Origin: Mobula hypostoma
Taxonomy: Eukaryota
Assembly (NCBI RefSeq): GCF_963921235.1
Contig: NC_086097.1
Span: 200,758,001-200,822,000 of the forward strand
Length of the DNA: 64,000 nucleotides
Direction of reading: 5' to 3'
The notes under the pieces were generated by a model. The model did no database searches and had not been told where the DNA came from. It was given only the letters and a program-made list of their open reading frames with translations. A program made the translations under genes and the position numbers. How positions within the stretch are numbered: the first letter of the stretch is position 1; every line of letters starts with the position of its first letter. Below, piece after piece: positions 1 to 12,899 of this stretch.

Positions 1-633
1 CTTAAATAGCGGAGTGACATTTGCAATCTTCCAGTCCTCCGGAACCATGCCAGAATCTATCGACTTTTGAAAGATCATCGCTAATGCCTCCGCAATCCAC
101 ACAGCTACTTCCTTCAGAACACAAGGGTGCATTCCATCTGGTCCAGGAGATTTATCGACCTTTAGCCTATTCAGCTTCCTGAGTACTTTCTCTATCGTAA
201 TTGTGACCGCGCACACTTCTCTTCCCTGCCACCCTTGAGTGTCCGGTATACTGCTGATGTCTTCCTCAGTGAAGACTGATGCAAAATACTTGTTCAGTTC
301 CTCTGCCATCTCCTCATCTCCCATTACAATTTCTCCAGCATCATTTTCTATCAGTCCTATATCTACTCTCACCTGTCTTTTACTCTTTATATACTTGAAA
401 AAGTTTTTAGTATCCTCTTTGATATTATTTGCTAGCTTCCTTTCATAGTTTATCTTTTCTCTCTTAATGGCCTTCTTAGTTTCCTTTTGTAAGCTTTTAA
501 AAACTTCCCAATCCTCTGTCTTCCCACTAATTTTTGCTTCCTTGTATGCCCTCTCCTTAGCTTTAACTTTGGCTTTGACTTCTCTTGTCAACCACAGTTG
601 CATCCTTTTTCCACTTGAAAATTTCTTCTTTCT
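1..633 (-). mobile_element. CR1-type LINE ORF2 fragment (between endonuclease and RT), cut by the window edge
   Basis: Minus strand reads as CR1 ORF2 (EMAEELNKYFASVFTEED..., SPGPDGMHPCVLKEVA..., PEDWKIANVTPLFK). Confidence 0.85.
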
Positions 634-2249
634 TTAATGGAGGACTGTTTTAAATGCTTCAAAACAAAACTACTGTACTAGCATTGATAGTTATTTCCCC
701 CTCTTGATTCTACTAATGTGGTAAATATTGCAATAGATCTAATAATTGTCCACAAATTCTTCAAAGCAGTTGTGCTCCTTATAACTGTGGCCAGTCCTCC
801 AAGAACCCGGAGATTTCCTCACTGGCAGTTCGTTGTAAGCACTCTTTGCATGGTTAAGTATCGGTTTGATACAGGCCTACTGCTGCACTAAAGCCACCAA
901 GAGTAAAATTCAATCACATATGCCTGACAATATTAGTCCATCACTACCAGGAGGGTTATATAAAGGACAGTACATGAAAGTTAGATGCTGGTAGCAACAT
1001 TTCACTGGACTAAACAGAACTGAATCACGCCTCATTAAACCAAAATTCAGGCATCTATTTGAGTGAACATATGCAGATTTCTGTATTTCTTCACTCCACA
1101 ACAATGGGGCCAGCAACATAATCAGTTCTTTGTTAAAATGTTAATGGTCTTGGAGATAGGATGAGAAACCATACCATTCTTAAGGCCAGTGAGAAGATGC
1201 AGAGGAAATCCAACAGAATGTTGCTTTCAATTTGAGAAAAGCTCATTTTAGAACACAGTGATAAATACAACCTTAAATGAAACACTGGGAGGACAGGAAT
1301 TGTTGGACGAAGTGCAGGCAAAGTTCATACAGTTCATCTTCTCAAGCATGCAGTCACGGTAATAATAATAATAGCTTTACATAGTGTGAGAAAGGATATT
1401 ATTATATTTCATTTTCTAATCTCACTATTCAAAAAAAATAGAGTAACAACTGACTAATGTGATTTTGTAAAAGACATTGCCCTGTTAAATCTCAAAATAA
1501 ATAAAGATGAATCAACAAATCATAGGAACAGAAACAAATATTGATAGTCTTTACCACATTATGTCAAAGGATGCACCACTACAATGGTACATTGAATACC
1601 CGGTTGCTAATTACGTAAGCTCTGTAGAAATGCAGAACTACATACTTAGCAGGCACTCCATTAACACTCAATGCCTTGAATTTGTTGGTAGACTGATCAA
1701 CAAGTATTAAATTGCCCTTTCCTCTGTCCATACTCTGCAGTGGGCAGATGAGAAATAAAATACTGTATTCTCTCCCTTGGTTGCAGAATGCAAAGGTAAA
1801 ATTATGTTCCTACTATATGTAAGGATTAAATTAACTTAATTTGTCATATCCAAATTGAAACATTGAATATTTCTACAATTTGCAGAGCATATATTTTATT
1901 GGCAGTCAATGCTAATGATCTTGGGACAAGAGCTGTATGTGGAAGTTATCTCCATTTCTCTTCAATGTCTATCCAGCATTTTCTATTTTTAATTCAGATT
2001 TACAAAAGCTGCAGTTTTGTTTAGATTTCCATCGAAAGAAACCATTAGGGCAATGCCAGCAGTATTATACAACTATCTAATGATTCCACTCCCCTTTCTT
2101 TCTTAAAAAGGCCCTCTCAAAATTTCCTCGTATTTAATAAGCTCTTTTTTCAATGTGTTTTCACCATCTTTTTAAGTAGTGCATTCTTGATTGTTTCCTC
2201 ATTTTACTCTTAAATTTAGCTTTAGGTACTGTACAGGGACATAGCTTGT

Positions 2250-3350
2250 AATGTCAGCATTTCTAATCATCTCTAGTTACTCCTGAGACATAGGAGTAAG
2301 CTCCTTTCTTTAACCATTGCAATTTTACTACTACAGATACATTTAGTGATCTTATGTGAGGAATTCCAAAACATGGGTGTAGAATCTAGCAAGACTTTTC
2401 CTAATCAAGATGGTTGCATAGCTCTGAAGGGAAACTGTCAGGGTGCTGATGTTCCTATGTGCCTGCTGCCCTTTCTCTTTCTTGGTTGAAGAGGGTGAGA
2501 GTTTGGGATATGCCATCCGAGAAGTCCAGGCAAATAACTTTAGTATATTTTGTAGGCAGCGCACACTACAACCATTGTGCACAAGTGATAGAGGCAATGA
2601 ATACATTCTTCTCAATGACATGGAACTTCTTGAATGTTGATGGAGTTGTACTCATTTGGAGAATGTGTCATAATTCTCCTGCCCCTGGGCTGAGAATTGG
2701 TGACACACTGTGGGATACACAGGCTTTAAATAGCTCTTGCAGCTGTTGTATATACTTGGCTTGTTCAGTTGAGTTTCTCATCAATTGCAACCCCCAGGTT
2801 GTTGATGGTGGGATAACAGCAATGGTAATGTCATTGAATGGCATCTATTGGTGATTGAACTCTCTCCAATTAGAGATGGTTGTTGCCTGATACTTTCGTG
2901 TCACAAATGTTACTTGCCTGAATGTTGTTTAGATCGTTCTGCATGCAGGTATGGATTGCTTCATTTGCTGAGGAGCTGCAAATGGAATATCTCTGCTTCT
3001 GACCTTACAATGGAAGAAGGGCGTTGGTGCAGCAGATGAGGATAGCTGGAACAAGCACAATGCTCTGAGAAATTGCAACAATGTCCTACAGCTAGAACTG
3101 ATGGATTTCGAACAATGAAGATTCTTTTACTTTAGGCGTGATTCCAGCCATTGGAGTATTTCTTTTTCCTTTGATAACCTTTGACCTCAGTTCCATTAGG
3201 CTTTTTCATGCCACACTCAGACAAAGGGTGCATTGATGCCAAAGGCAGATACTCCTTCTTATTAGTGGAATTTAGCTCTCTGCTTTATGTTTGCCCATGG
3301 CTACGATAAGGTGTGGATCTGAGTTGCCTTATCGAAAACAAATTGGGAAT
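2250..3350 (-). mobile_element. Old degraded CR1/L2-like LINE fragment
   Basis: Broken antisense LINE-like coding sequence with no intact frame; recognised by resemblance only. Confidence 0.5.
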
Positions 3351-3514
3351 TAATAAGGAAACCATAATGGATACGTGATTGAACTGAAAAGCAGTGACAA
3401 CTGATGACCAAAAATATCTGTGCAGAGGCCTTATTTATTCACTATATTTATTAATGACTTCAATAATTCTGTCTGTGTCCTTCTGCATCCTATCCCAATG
3501 ACCCTCATGCAGGC

Positions 3515-4412
3515 CAAAGTACATTTATTATTAAAGTATGCATACTTTATGCAACCTGGAGATTCGTTTCTTTATAGGCAGCCACAAAACATAGAAACCA
3601 AATAGAACCCATTAAAACAAGATAAGACCACCAAACACCTAGTGTGCATAGAAGAAAGAGAAAGACAAAAAAGGGCAAAATATAGAAGTAAACAAATGGC
3701 ATTCAGAACTGAAGTTCACAAAAGTGAGTTCACACTGTGATTGTTGGAGGATACAGCCACAATTCGGTGCAGAGATGAGTAAACCGTGTGGAGCAGCAAT
3801 TTGAACCGGCCTGTGCCTCACCTCTGGCCCTGACGCCCTGTTCTTTTCAATCTGGCCCAGCGCTTAAGTTGTTCAGACTTTACTCTCAGACCCAGACCCT
3901 GCCACTTCGATATGCTTTTGAGACATGCTCTACCATCTCAACGTGGCCTGCAACCAACTCTTCCAATTTGGTTCAGCACTTAAATTAATAAAACCTCAGG
4001 TCTTTTCTCACTCTCAGGCCCGGGTCCAGGCCACAACGACTCAAATCTACATTGCCTCTGCTTGCCACACCTCACCTTGGTTCTGCTGAATCGATATCGC
4101 CGCCGAGTTTGCTCCAGGAATTGCCAAACACTGGCTCATTTCCTGCTTTCCTGTCCCGACTCCACCGCCTTGATTCAGCACGCACACACGCCATGCCACA
4201 GCCATCCTGCCCCTTTGAGACTTCAGTTCCCAATGCAAATATGCCAGGTTGTATAGGCAGTTCTGAAGTTCAACTCTGACAGGGAAGTTACAGTCTATGG
4301 TTTGCAGTGATCATTTAGTAGAAAAAGTGTAATTAATGAAGTATTTAGCTGTTTTCTTTGTTTTATTTACCACCATCGAGCAGTTGCTGAGCGTCACCAG
4401 TGCCATCTTAAA
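3515..4412 (-). mobile_element. Non-autonomous Rex1/Babar-type retroposon
   Basis: Minus-strand 5' end AAGATGGCAC (about 4409) resembles the start at 19756. The 3' tail (...aataaatgtacttt) is related to tails at 35735, 42060 and 60790. No ORF. Confidence 0.55.
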
Positions 4413-6048
4413 CCATGCCAGTAATACAACAACCCTGGAAAGGTTTACAGAGGGCTTACCAGACTGACATTTAGTTTAAAGTTTATAATTTACCATGAAT
4501 TTAGGAATAAGATAAACATTGCTCCAGAAAAGTGGTTACTTTAGATTGAGGTCTTTAAAATAAATAAAGGAAATATTATTCTCGTTACACTGGTTATGGA
4601 GCACTAAGAATATAAATAAAAGTTATGAAAGCATGTAACAAAGATAAATATCAGGTGATAGAGTTATGACTCATGAAGAAGATTGCTATCATACATTATA
4701 AGTATGGAAGATTGAAAATATTTACAAGCATGGTGTATGAATTCCTGAATTTGGTAAATATAATACCGATTGTTCATTTTCTGGTTCAGCTGACAAACTT
4801 TTAATCTTTTTTTTTGTACTGTGACTAAGTCTAGCCCATTGCTTTATTAAGTAAGACCAGAAGAAGGAAAAGGGACAAAGAAAGAGAAAAATGTCCAGAA
4901 AAATTATTGCAATGAGCATTCAGCTATACGTAACTGCCTTCCCAGTAATCCTGGATCTGGACCCTGGGCGAATATCACTAATCAAAAACTATAATTTGGA
5001 ATTCATCTTTTAAATGACCTTGTCCCTGAATCAATTTTTAGCCACTCAACTTTGTTAGTGGCTTGAACTATTTTAAGGACTGGCCTCATTAAAATATCCA
5101 TGACCTCCCTGCTTGTTTGCAGCACATACAAGTGACTCTGATGAATGCTTTTAGACCTGAAATATTAACTGTTTCTCCTTCCACAGACGATACCTGTCCT
5201 AACAAGCATTCCCACCTTTTTTTCTGTGTTATCTCAGGTTTCAAGCATTTACAGTTTTTTTTGTGTTTTGGAAGTAATTCTCTGATCACCTTGAGAACCC
5301 CAAGGCTTCATTCACTGAGATAATCCAGCGCATTTTTCTTAGTATGGAAGTTCCACTTTAGAGTTCCTGCCGAAAGAAAACATCTCTTGCTCTAGGAAAA
5401 GCAGCAACAGCCTTACCAGAACGAATGTTTTTTGTTTCAATATTTATTTTCACTTGGTGGAGCCATCACAGTGTACACAATTCTTGTTGCAGCATTTTAA
5501 AGTGTATCATGAGCTAAAGCGCATACTAATTAATTGGGAAATGACAGGAATGATACCTTGCAGTATATACTCTAGTCACACCTCCATATCTCACAATTTT
5601 GGGTAGCAGTATTGCAGATCGTAATGGAGAAGATTGACTTTGATCTTGCTACACTATGCAAAAACAAATCCTTACAAAGAAGAAAATCTCCAATTTGGAG
5701 TCCAATGTAAGTGCTGTTAACTGCATACAGTTAAAGCCCCTGCCTTCCCAAAACATACCATTGGCTTAAATGCATAACACATATGGAAAATCTAATGAAG
5801 ACTTGGTCCAGATGAGCCGAAAGGAATCAATAGCTAACTTATTTCATTCCTAAAAATAGCGTGTTACCCAGTAGGTGTAAATATACTAATCTATACACCT
5901 AGTGGACATTAGTTCATAAAATACACTGGTTGTTTCATAACACCATCAAAAATTAAGTTCACAAAATAAACACATGACAGAAGATAAATTCAAACGATTA
6001 TTATTTCCAGCCATGCAATGAGGAGAAAACACTTAGCATTTTAAAGTT

Positions 6049-6054
6049 TTTATT
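6049..6054 (-). promoter_or_regulatory. Candidate polyadenylation signal (AATAAA) in the KLHL14 3' UTR
   Basis: tttatt on the plus strand about 290 nt past the stop codon; another copy lies at 6144-6149. The region is AT-rich, so the true site cannot be fixed from sequence alone. Confidence 0.3.
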
Positions 6055-6341
6055 TAAGTATGTTTTCCAACAAACAAGCTTCATTTACACTTTCTTATCC
6101 TGTACAAAATTTACATTTTGTTATATTCTACTACATCAGTTATTTTATTCGGTCATGCCTTTCTTCTGAAAGATACAAAGATTTACATAACATTATTTTC
6201 ATAGTCATAAATTACCATAGTAAAAAAGCACATTTCAAACATTAAATGTGTTTGGGAGTAAGAATTCAGTACTTTGCACTTGATATCATTTAAATAAATT
6301 GTCTGAGTGTTTATATTAATGTTGTGAATTGACAGAATGTT

Positions 6342-6482
6342 TTATTTATTGTACGGCACACAGGCTGGCAATGTAACAGTTACACAGGCTGGGCCAGCGA
6401 GTGGCTCAGCAACTTCCCCTTCCAATTCTGTCCAAGTTGCTTGTTCAGGGCTGTAGCAAATTGTGGAAGATTTGTAGGCCCC
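6342..6482 (-). CDS. KLHL14: KLHL14 terminal coding exon (141 nt including TAA)
   Basis: ttgcag|GGG GCC TAC...AAT AAA TAA; translates to GAYKSSTICYSPEQATWTELEGEVAEPLAGPACVTVTLPACVPYNK*. Phase 0 fits the previous exon, and the C-terminus matches KLHL14. Too short to appear in the ORF track. Confidence 0.96.
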   Translation of the reverse strand, partial: GAYKSSTICYSPEQATWTELEGEVAEPLAGPACVTVTLPACVPYNK

Positions 6483-7337
6483 CTGCAATATCAAACACAG
6501 CATTGAAACTATTGCATTGGCTTTGAACCTTGAAAAGAAAAGACATTTACCAGACTTTCACCTACATTTACTTACTATGATTTTGTTCATATGTGGTTAA
6601 ATCGGGAGACTACAGGAATCAAGTATAGATTTCCATGCACCATGAATAGTGCCTTCAATTTATGACAGGAAATGTCCATGTCAAGTGAATAGGAACAAAA
6701 CCTGCAGACAAAAAGGACACAATTCCTGCTCCACAGCTGCTGAAGTAGAGATCTTGCAGAAAGAGCTTGTGGGGCAGCTTATTAAGTGTCACTCAATCGT
6801 ATCAGTTACCCTTTCACAGTATCACTCCATGGAACGTCAATTGTAGCATTACTATGCATTTCTCTGTGTGGTTAGCTACCCCATTTACCACTCCACTTAC
6901 AGGCTCACACAACACTCTGAGGTATCAGTCACCACATGCAATGCCCAACAGTATCAATAACTCAGTCCATCCCTCCATTGTTCAAATAGTCCATGTGATC
7001 TCCATACTATAAATTATACCATAGACCCTTCCATATCATTAATTACTCCATGTTTTCACATCTATCCATGCACAATTCCATGTTATCAGATTATCCCACA
7101 TGTACTGTACCCTCTTTTTGTTCATTATCCAGGCACCTCTTAATGATATCAATTACTTCACAAATTCCTCCATGGCATTAATTACCCCAGGCATCCTCCT
7201 TGCTATCAATCATCCCATGCATACCTCAGTAGTATCAATGATCCCACATAATTCCATTCGGTTCTTGAATCAGCCGGTGAAACCTTAGTCACTACAGTTT
7301 AGGACAATGATGCCCCTTTGATATCCTTGCCCTAAAG

Positions 7338-7417
7338 CACGGGTTCCCAACCTTTTTTATGCCGTGGGCCTCCACTGTTAACTGAAGGACCCGTGGACCC
7401 CAGGTTGGGAACCCGTG
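7338..7417. mobile_element. 80-bp hAT (Charlie-like) MITE
   Basis: Perfect 16-bp terminal inverted repeats cacgggttcccaacct/aggttgggaacccgtg. 8-bp target-site duplication ccctaaag/ctctaaag (7 of 8 match). Confidence 0.85.
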
Positions 7418-8199
7418 CTCTAAAGTGAACTTTCTTTTTGTTCTAATTACAGTTTCTTATAAAGATTGTGTAAAATTTCTGTTTAATTTATGCTTTTGTT
7501 CCGTCTTGTGAATGCTGTCTGCATGATGCAATGTGCCTGTGATGTTGCTGCGAGTAAGTTTTTCATTGCACCTGTACATATATGCACTTGTATCTATAAC
7601 AATAAATCAGCTTTGAATCTAATTACTCTGGGCACCACTCCATGGTATCAATGACCCCATGCACCTTAATGCTACCACTTTCCCCATGCACACTTCCCTG
7701 GTATCCAATTACATGCAGCGTAGGTGCATGTTATCAATTACCCTTTGCACCTCTCCATGTTATTAATTAGAAGCATATGCAATAGGTCAGATGGAAAGTT
7801 AATAGATGGAATTTAATCCCAAAACATATGAGGGGATGCATATTGGGAAATCAAATACGGGTAGAGCATATGCTGTAAATGGTAGGGCCCTAAAGAATGT
7901 AGATAAATATAGTAGAGGCATATAAAATAGGTTTAAGGTGAATGGAAGAAGGTTAAGATTGTTTTTACACAGTGTGGATAATTTCACTACCAGAGGATGT
8001 GGTGGAATTCAATACAATTGCTACATTGAAGAAGCACATTGCCTCTATCTACGTGCGTGCGATGCTGCTGTAAGCTGGTTGTTTCATTGAACATGTACCT
8101 CACTGTACTTCTGCACATGACAGAAGTCTGACTTGACTTACACAGGCAAGGCAAAGAAAGATGTGATCCTAATGCATGCAAATGGAATTAGAGGAGGTG

Positions 8200-8340
8200 G
8201 CAAACACAAGAGATCCTGCAGCTGCTGGAAATCCAGAGGAGCACACACAAAATGCTGGAGGAACTGCATTTCAGGTGGCATCTATGGAAATGAATAGACA
8301 CTCGATGTTTCGGGCTGAGAGCCTGCATCAGGAGTCAAGA
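8200..8340 (-). mobile_element. Penelope-like terminal-repeat fragment with degenerate hammerhead motif
   Basis: Same repeat family as 11330, 31932, 38112 and 42798. Minus strand reads actc-CTGATGCA-ggctctcagccc-GAAACATC-gagt. Confidence 0.7.
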
Positions 8341-11329
8341 GTAGGTGGTACAGAGGTGGTGGGCTGCAGGGTCACATCCATGTGTACAACTTGCTTCTAT
8401 GACCCCACCTTGAGACTTTTTCACAATATAAGCCATCTAATGCACTACATATTGGCAACCGTTAATCTATGCACAATTCAGTGGTATCAATTATATAAGC
8501 TTTGCTTCATGACAGTAATTCCCTATGCCCTCATTCATGATGTTATAACTCCATGCACTATTCCATAATATTAATCATTCGCTGTGCCTCAGTATGCTAT
8601 CAGATACTCCATGTGTCATGCTATGCTGACTAAGATGGGTTTACAGTTATGAAGAACAGTGAGATTTTAGGTAATCTTCTGTATTGCATAAAGTCCATGC
8701 TGTAAGCTAAAGCAGGCTTCCCTCCGATAATAAGAAGACAGAATTCTGTATAATTCTCAAGTAAAGGCCAGAGACTTACTGCAAATATAAACAATGAAGT
8801 CTAGGTGAGTGCATCAATCCAACAGTGCTGTGTCTCGATCATGTTACTATGCTTTACTTTCTGGAAATGTTATCCAAATCGTAATACATTATGATTGCCA
8901 TCTTTTTGAAAAATGATGAAGCAACTAGAATGCTATACTTCTGGCTTTTCTGTCAGGTTAGTCCGAGGTTTGTTGTCAATTGTTTCTAATAGAGCAACTA
9001 CAGGGATCCTTCTCACAGCTGACGTGATGAAGCTATTATTATGCCATAAAAATTCAATATTAATGCTGGGCATTTATTCAGAGAGATGTAAGCATTTTTG
9101 GTACACCTTTGTAAGAACACATCAGATCACGATGCTATGTAAAATACGATGAGGGGTCATAATAGAATTTTGAAAAGAATCTTTAAAAAAATGTAAAATA
9201 ATATAAAGAAAATCATTATAAAGATATTTGTCAAAATGGTGTGTAAATAAAAGCTTTAGATGTACACTCACATACTAACTGTTATGCTTTACATTGCTTT
9301 TCTTGTCAAAAATTGTAGTTTATTGTTTATCTGCATATAAGTGATATCAGTATTTTTGCATAGACAGTATCATTTGGTGTATTAGTTACATTCCAAATTA
9401 TTTGACAATACCTATTAAATGACACTAGGTGGCACATCATTTATGGTTTAAAAACAATTTAAAAACGTTTTCTTATTATAATTACATGTAATTATATATC
9501 CAAAATCATTTTAAGCCTGTTATTTTTGTTTGATAACTTTAAAATGGAAAACAACAAACTACCCTCTGAGCCTGTTCAATGCCAGTAAATTGTACATTTT
9601 TCTCACGGGGCGGGGGGTGGGGGTGGGATTGACTACCTTCATTTCCACTGTAATGACATATCAAAACAAAGGTCAGGGTTAACAATCTAATCCTGCATTT
9701 GACATTGTAAAGCAATATCTCATGTAGAATCAACATGTTCAATTAGACTTATACTTCTATTAACCTCAAAGAATATAAATCCATTGTACTCTATCCTTCC
9801 TCCAAGGAAAGCTTTCTCATCCCTGGGATCACTCTGTAAACAATTGTTTAACCCTATCTAAGGTAAGAATATTTCTCATTTAATAAAAATCTAGAAAATG
9901 TTATTTTTAAGCAATAGTGATTTTTAAACTATCTGCAAGTAAAATATACATTTAAACTAGTCATTGCCGACATATGTTCCATCTGTTTCGATCATATGCT
10001 GTATTCCTTGCTGTATTTTCATCAAAACCTGATTTAGTTGCAATAAAACTCTATTTGATGTGCAGTATAGGCTAGTGATCATGTCAGTAACTTTCAAAGT
10101 AGTTATAGTAAAGGATAACGACAGTCCACAAATTCAGCCCGTTTAATAAGAGGAGACTGATTTCAACTGGACAGGATTGAGTAAACGTAGGCTGGGAACA
10201 GCTACATGTAGGTAAATCTGCATTCGGGAAGTTGAAACCTTAAAAATGAAGTGTTCAAGGGGCAACTGATTCTGGTAAGAGTGAGAGGTGAGGATTGAAA
10301 ATCAAGAGAACTTTGCGTGTCATGGAGAGGATAGATCATAAGAAACTTTTCGCAAAGCTGAAGTATTTAAGAGCAGAGGGCATAGATTTAAGGGGAGGAG
10401 TAGAGTTTTGGAGGGATCTGAGCAAAACAAGATCAGCCAGAGCATCACTGAAATCTGGTAGACAATGCCTCAGAAGGTACTGGAGGCAGAAAATGCTCAG
10501 CATTTCAAGGGAACATTCTGATAAAGGATCTCAGAATTGAAACACTAATTGTCTCTCTTTCCACAGATGCTGCCTGACCACGAGAGTATTTCCAGCATTT
10601 TCTGATATGATGCAATTCTATTTGCTTGGAACATTTGTATGTTCTCCTTCTGTGATTCATGAGCAAGGATGCTGTAATTCTAGAGAACAACATTCTGTGG
10701 TCTCTCTCATATGAAAAATAATTCTACTTTTCAATTTTTCTTTCCAAAGTAGATACTTTCGAAACTGTTTACATTAGAGTCCACACATGCTTCTGTTTGC
10801 CTAATCACTTGACTGATCTACTGTAAACCATCTGCAGCAACTTTATGTTCTGCTCAGGAATTTACTTTTCCAGTTTGTTTTGTATCATCCAGTAATGTTA
10901 TGTTTTCCACTTTCATCTAGAGATCATCTAGATATAATTGCAAATTGCTGAAGCTCAAGAACTGATCCTTGCAGCATTCCACTAGATTCATCTGCTAATC
11001 TGAAAATTAATTAGTTAGATATGAGTTTGTTCCACACTTCACTAATTTATGGAAAACCATCTTCTGATCTTAAATCATACTTGTTAATTATATATTCTTA
11101 CTTCACTATTTTTTGTTATCAGTTCAATACAATATTCCTTCCTCGTCACGTTGTAACAATATTTTTTGTTATTTATCAATATTTTCTAATGAGAACAAAT
11201 TGACTTCTGCACAGCCCTTTTTTCCATAATTTATCATCTATTAACATTCTCCTCCCTCTTCAAAGCAACACATTTCAAAAATATTCCTTCGATAGCTGTT
11301 TTCAATTCACAAGCAAATCAATTTAAAGA

Positions 11330-11458
11330 GAAGCAACACACATCAAAGTTGCTGGTGAACGCAGCAGGCCAGGCAGCATCTCTAGGAAGAGGTACAGTCG
11401 ACATTTCAGGCCGAGACCCTTCGTCAGGACTAACTGAAAGAAGAGCTAGTAAGAGATT
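11330..11458 (-). mobile_element. Penelope-like terminal-repeat fragment
   Basis: Homologous to the tail that follows the GIY-YIG C-terminus in the 38112-38605 element. Confidence 0.8.
11395..11432 (-). ncRNA. Minimal type I hammerhead ribozyme-like motif
   Basis: Minus strand reads tagtc-CTGACGA-A-gggt(ctcg)gcct-GAAA-t-GTC-gactg: catalytic core boxes, stem II, and stem I tagtc/gactg. Confidence 0.65.
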
Positions 11459-12899
11459 CATGCATCAGAAGCTCATTACATCAACATGATGCTTGGTCCA
11501 GTATTACTACACCTAATAATAACTGTTCATTATCTGGTGTGTATCATTGAATGGTGAAATAATCTTTCCTATGTTTGCTAATGGAAACTCTTCAAAACCT
11601 ACTCCAAAATTTATTATATTTATTACTATATACAAACCCATTGGCCATCCTTTATCCAAATCACATAACTATATGGATCTTGTATCATTCTGAAAATGTA
11701 TTAAGGTTTTGAATCACATCTAACTTTTTATCATAAAATGAGTATTGATCATTAAAATTCTTCGGTAATTTAAGTATGTGATTTTTAGGCTTTAATAATA
11801 GCTTAGCATGCAGAAAAATTCCACAATTCATTTATTCTAAGTAGACTAATAAAATCTATGAATCTTCTTAACTAGTTAAGGAACAGTCATTCTGGATTAA
11901 ATCTATTCGACTATGGTTATTGGATTCATTGAGTATGCCTGCAAGAAAATTAATCTCAGGATTGTATATAGTGACATACATTTACTTGGATAATAAACTT
12001 ATTTTGAACTTTCTTCAAAGAATATTTCAGCTGTGTATTCAGAGAGAGCTTTCTCAGACTTTCAACTTCAGACCTCCATAGATAATAACTCAATGACGAG
12101 GAAACATAGGTTCCTTGGTGGAAGAGGCGTAAATCTGGTTATTATCAAACTCCATTTATTTTCTGTTCTCTGTAGTATTTTGTATTCCTGCAGCAATGAG
12201 TTAACAAAACCATATGGAAAACTAATAACTAACCCACATATATAAAGCAATATGAAACTCTATGGTAGAGATAATCTAATTTTAGTGAGATACTGACTCA
12301 GTAGTGTTGAATTTTTTAATATCCTCCCTCACCTTTCTTTGCTGAGATTAACCAGAGCAACAAGAAAGCACTTCTTCAATAATCATAAGCTATATATAGC
12401 TGTTGTTAATTGATTCCTCCTGGTTGTTATTATGATTCTGATGCTTTATAGATGGGGTTCATATGGTAGAGGTTTGAAGGAAGAGTATGGAAGGATGCTT
12501 TCTAGCTTCAGGCTTATGGCAAACCAGTTGCACAAGTAAAGCAATCCACTGGAATAAGCACAATGAGAAGAGGGCATGTAGAAAAGTATTAAGATGCTGG
12601 AAGAGGAAGAAGGAGAAGGAAGCACAAGTGGAAACTTAGCAGTGGCTATATCTGCATAGGGTGTTCAGCAAGAGAAGTCTTTGCTACCATATGGATGTCT
12701 CATCAAAATATGTTACCTTGCAGGAACCAAAATCTGGAACCTCAGAGCAGAACAATTATGGGACTTCCAGCTTCCCTCTTCTCACTCCCATCTCCACTTC
12801 CAGGGCCACCAGCGCAGCATCAGAAAACTTCCCTGCTCCTTTCTCCATGTTAAACCATTCTCCATAGTGTCTGCCAGCACCTTCCCCATGAGAGGCTTT

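Larger units (their letters stand above)
6790..8630. repeat. Highly degenerate ~29-30 bp tandem repeat, interrupted by insertions
   Basis: Recurring variants of ccatggtatcaattaccccatgcac at about 6790-7320, 7620-7780 and 8430-8630. Confidence 0.6.

Noticed and set aside
9607..9627. G-quadruplex-forming tract
   Set aside because: The motif is real, but such tracts are common in vertebrate introns and nothing indicates function.
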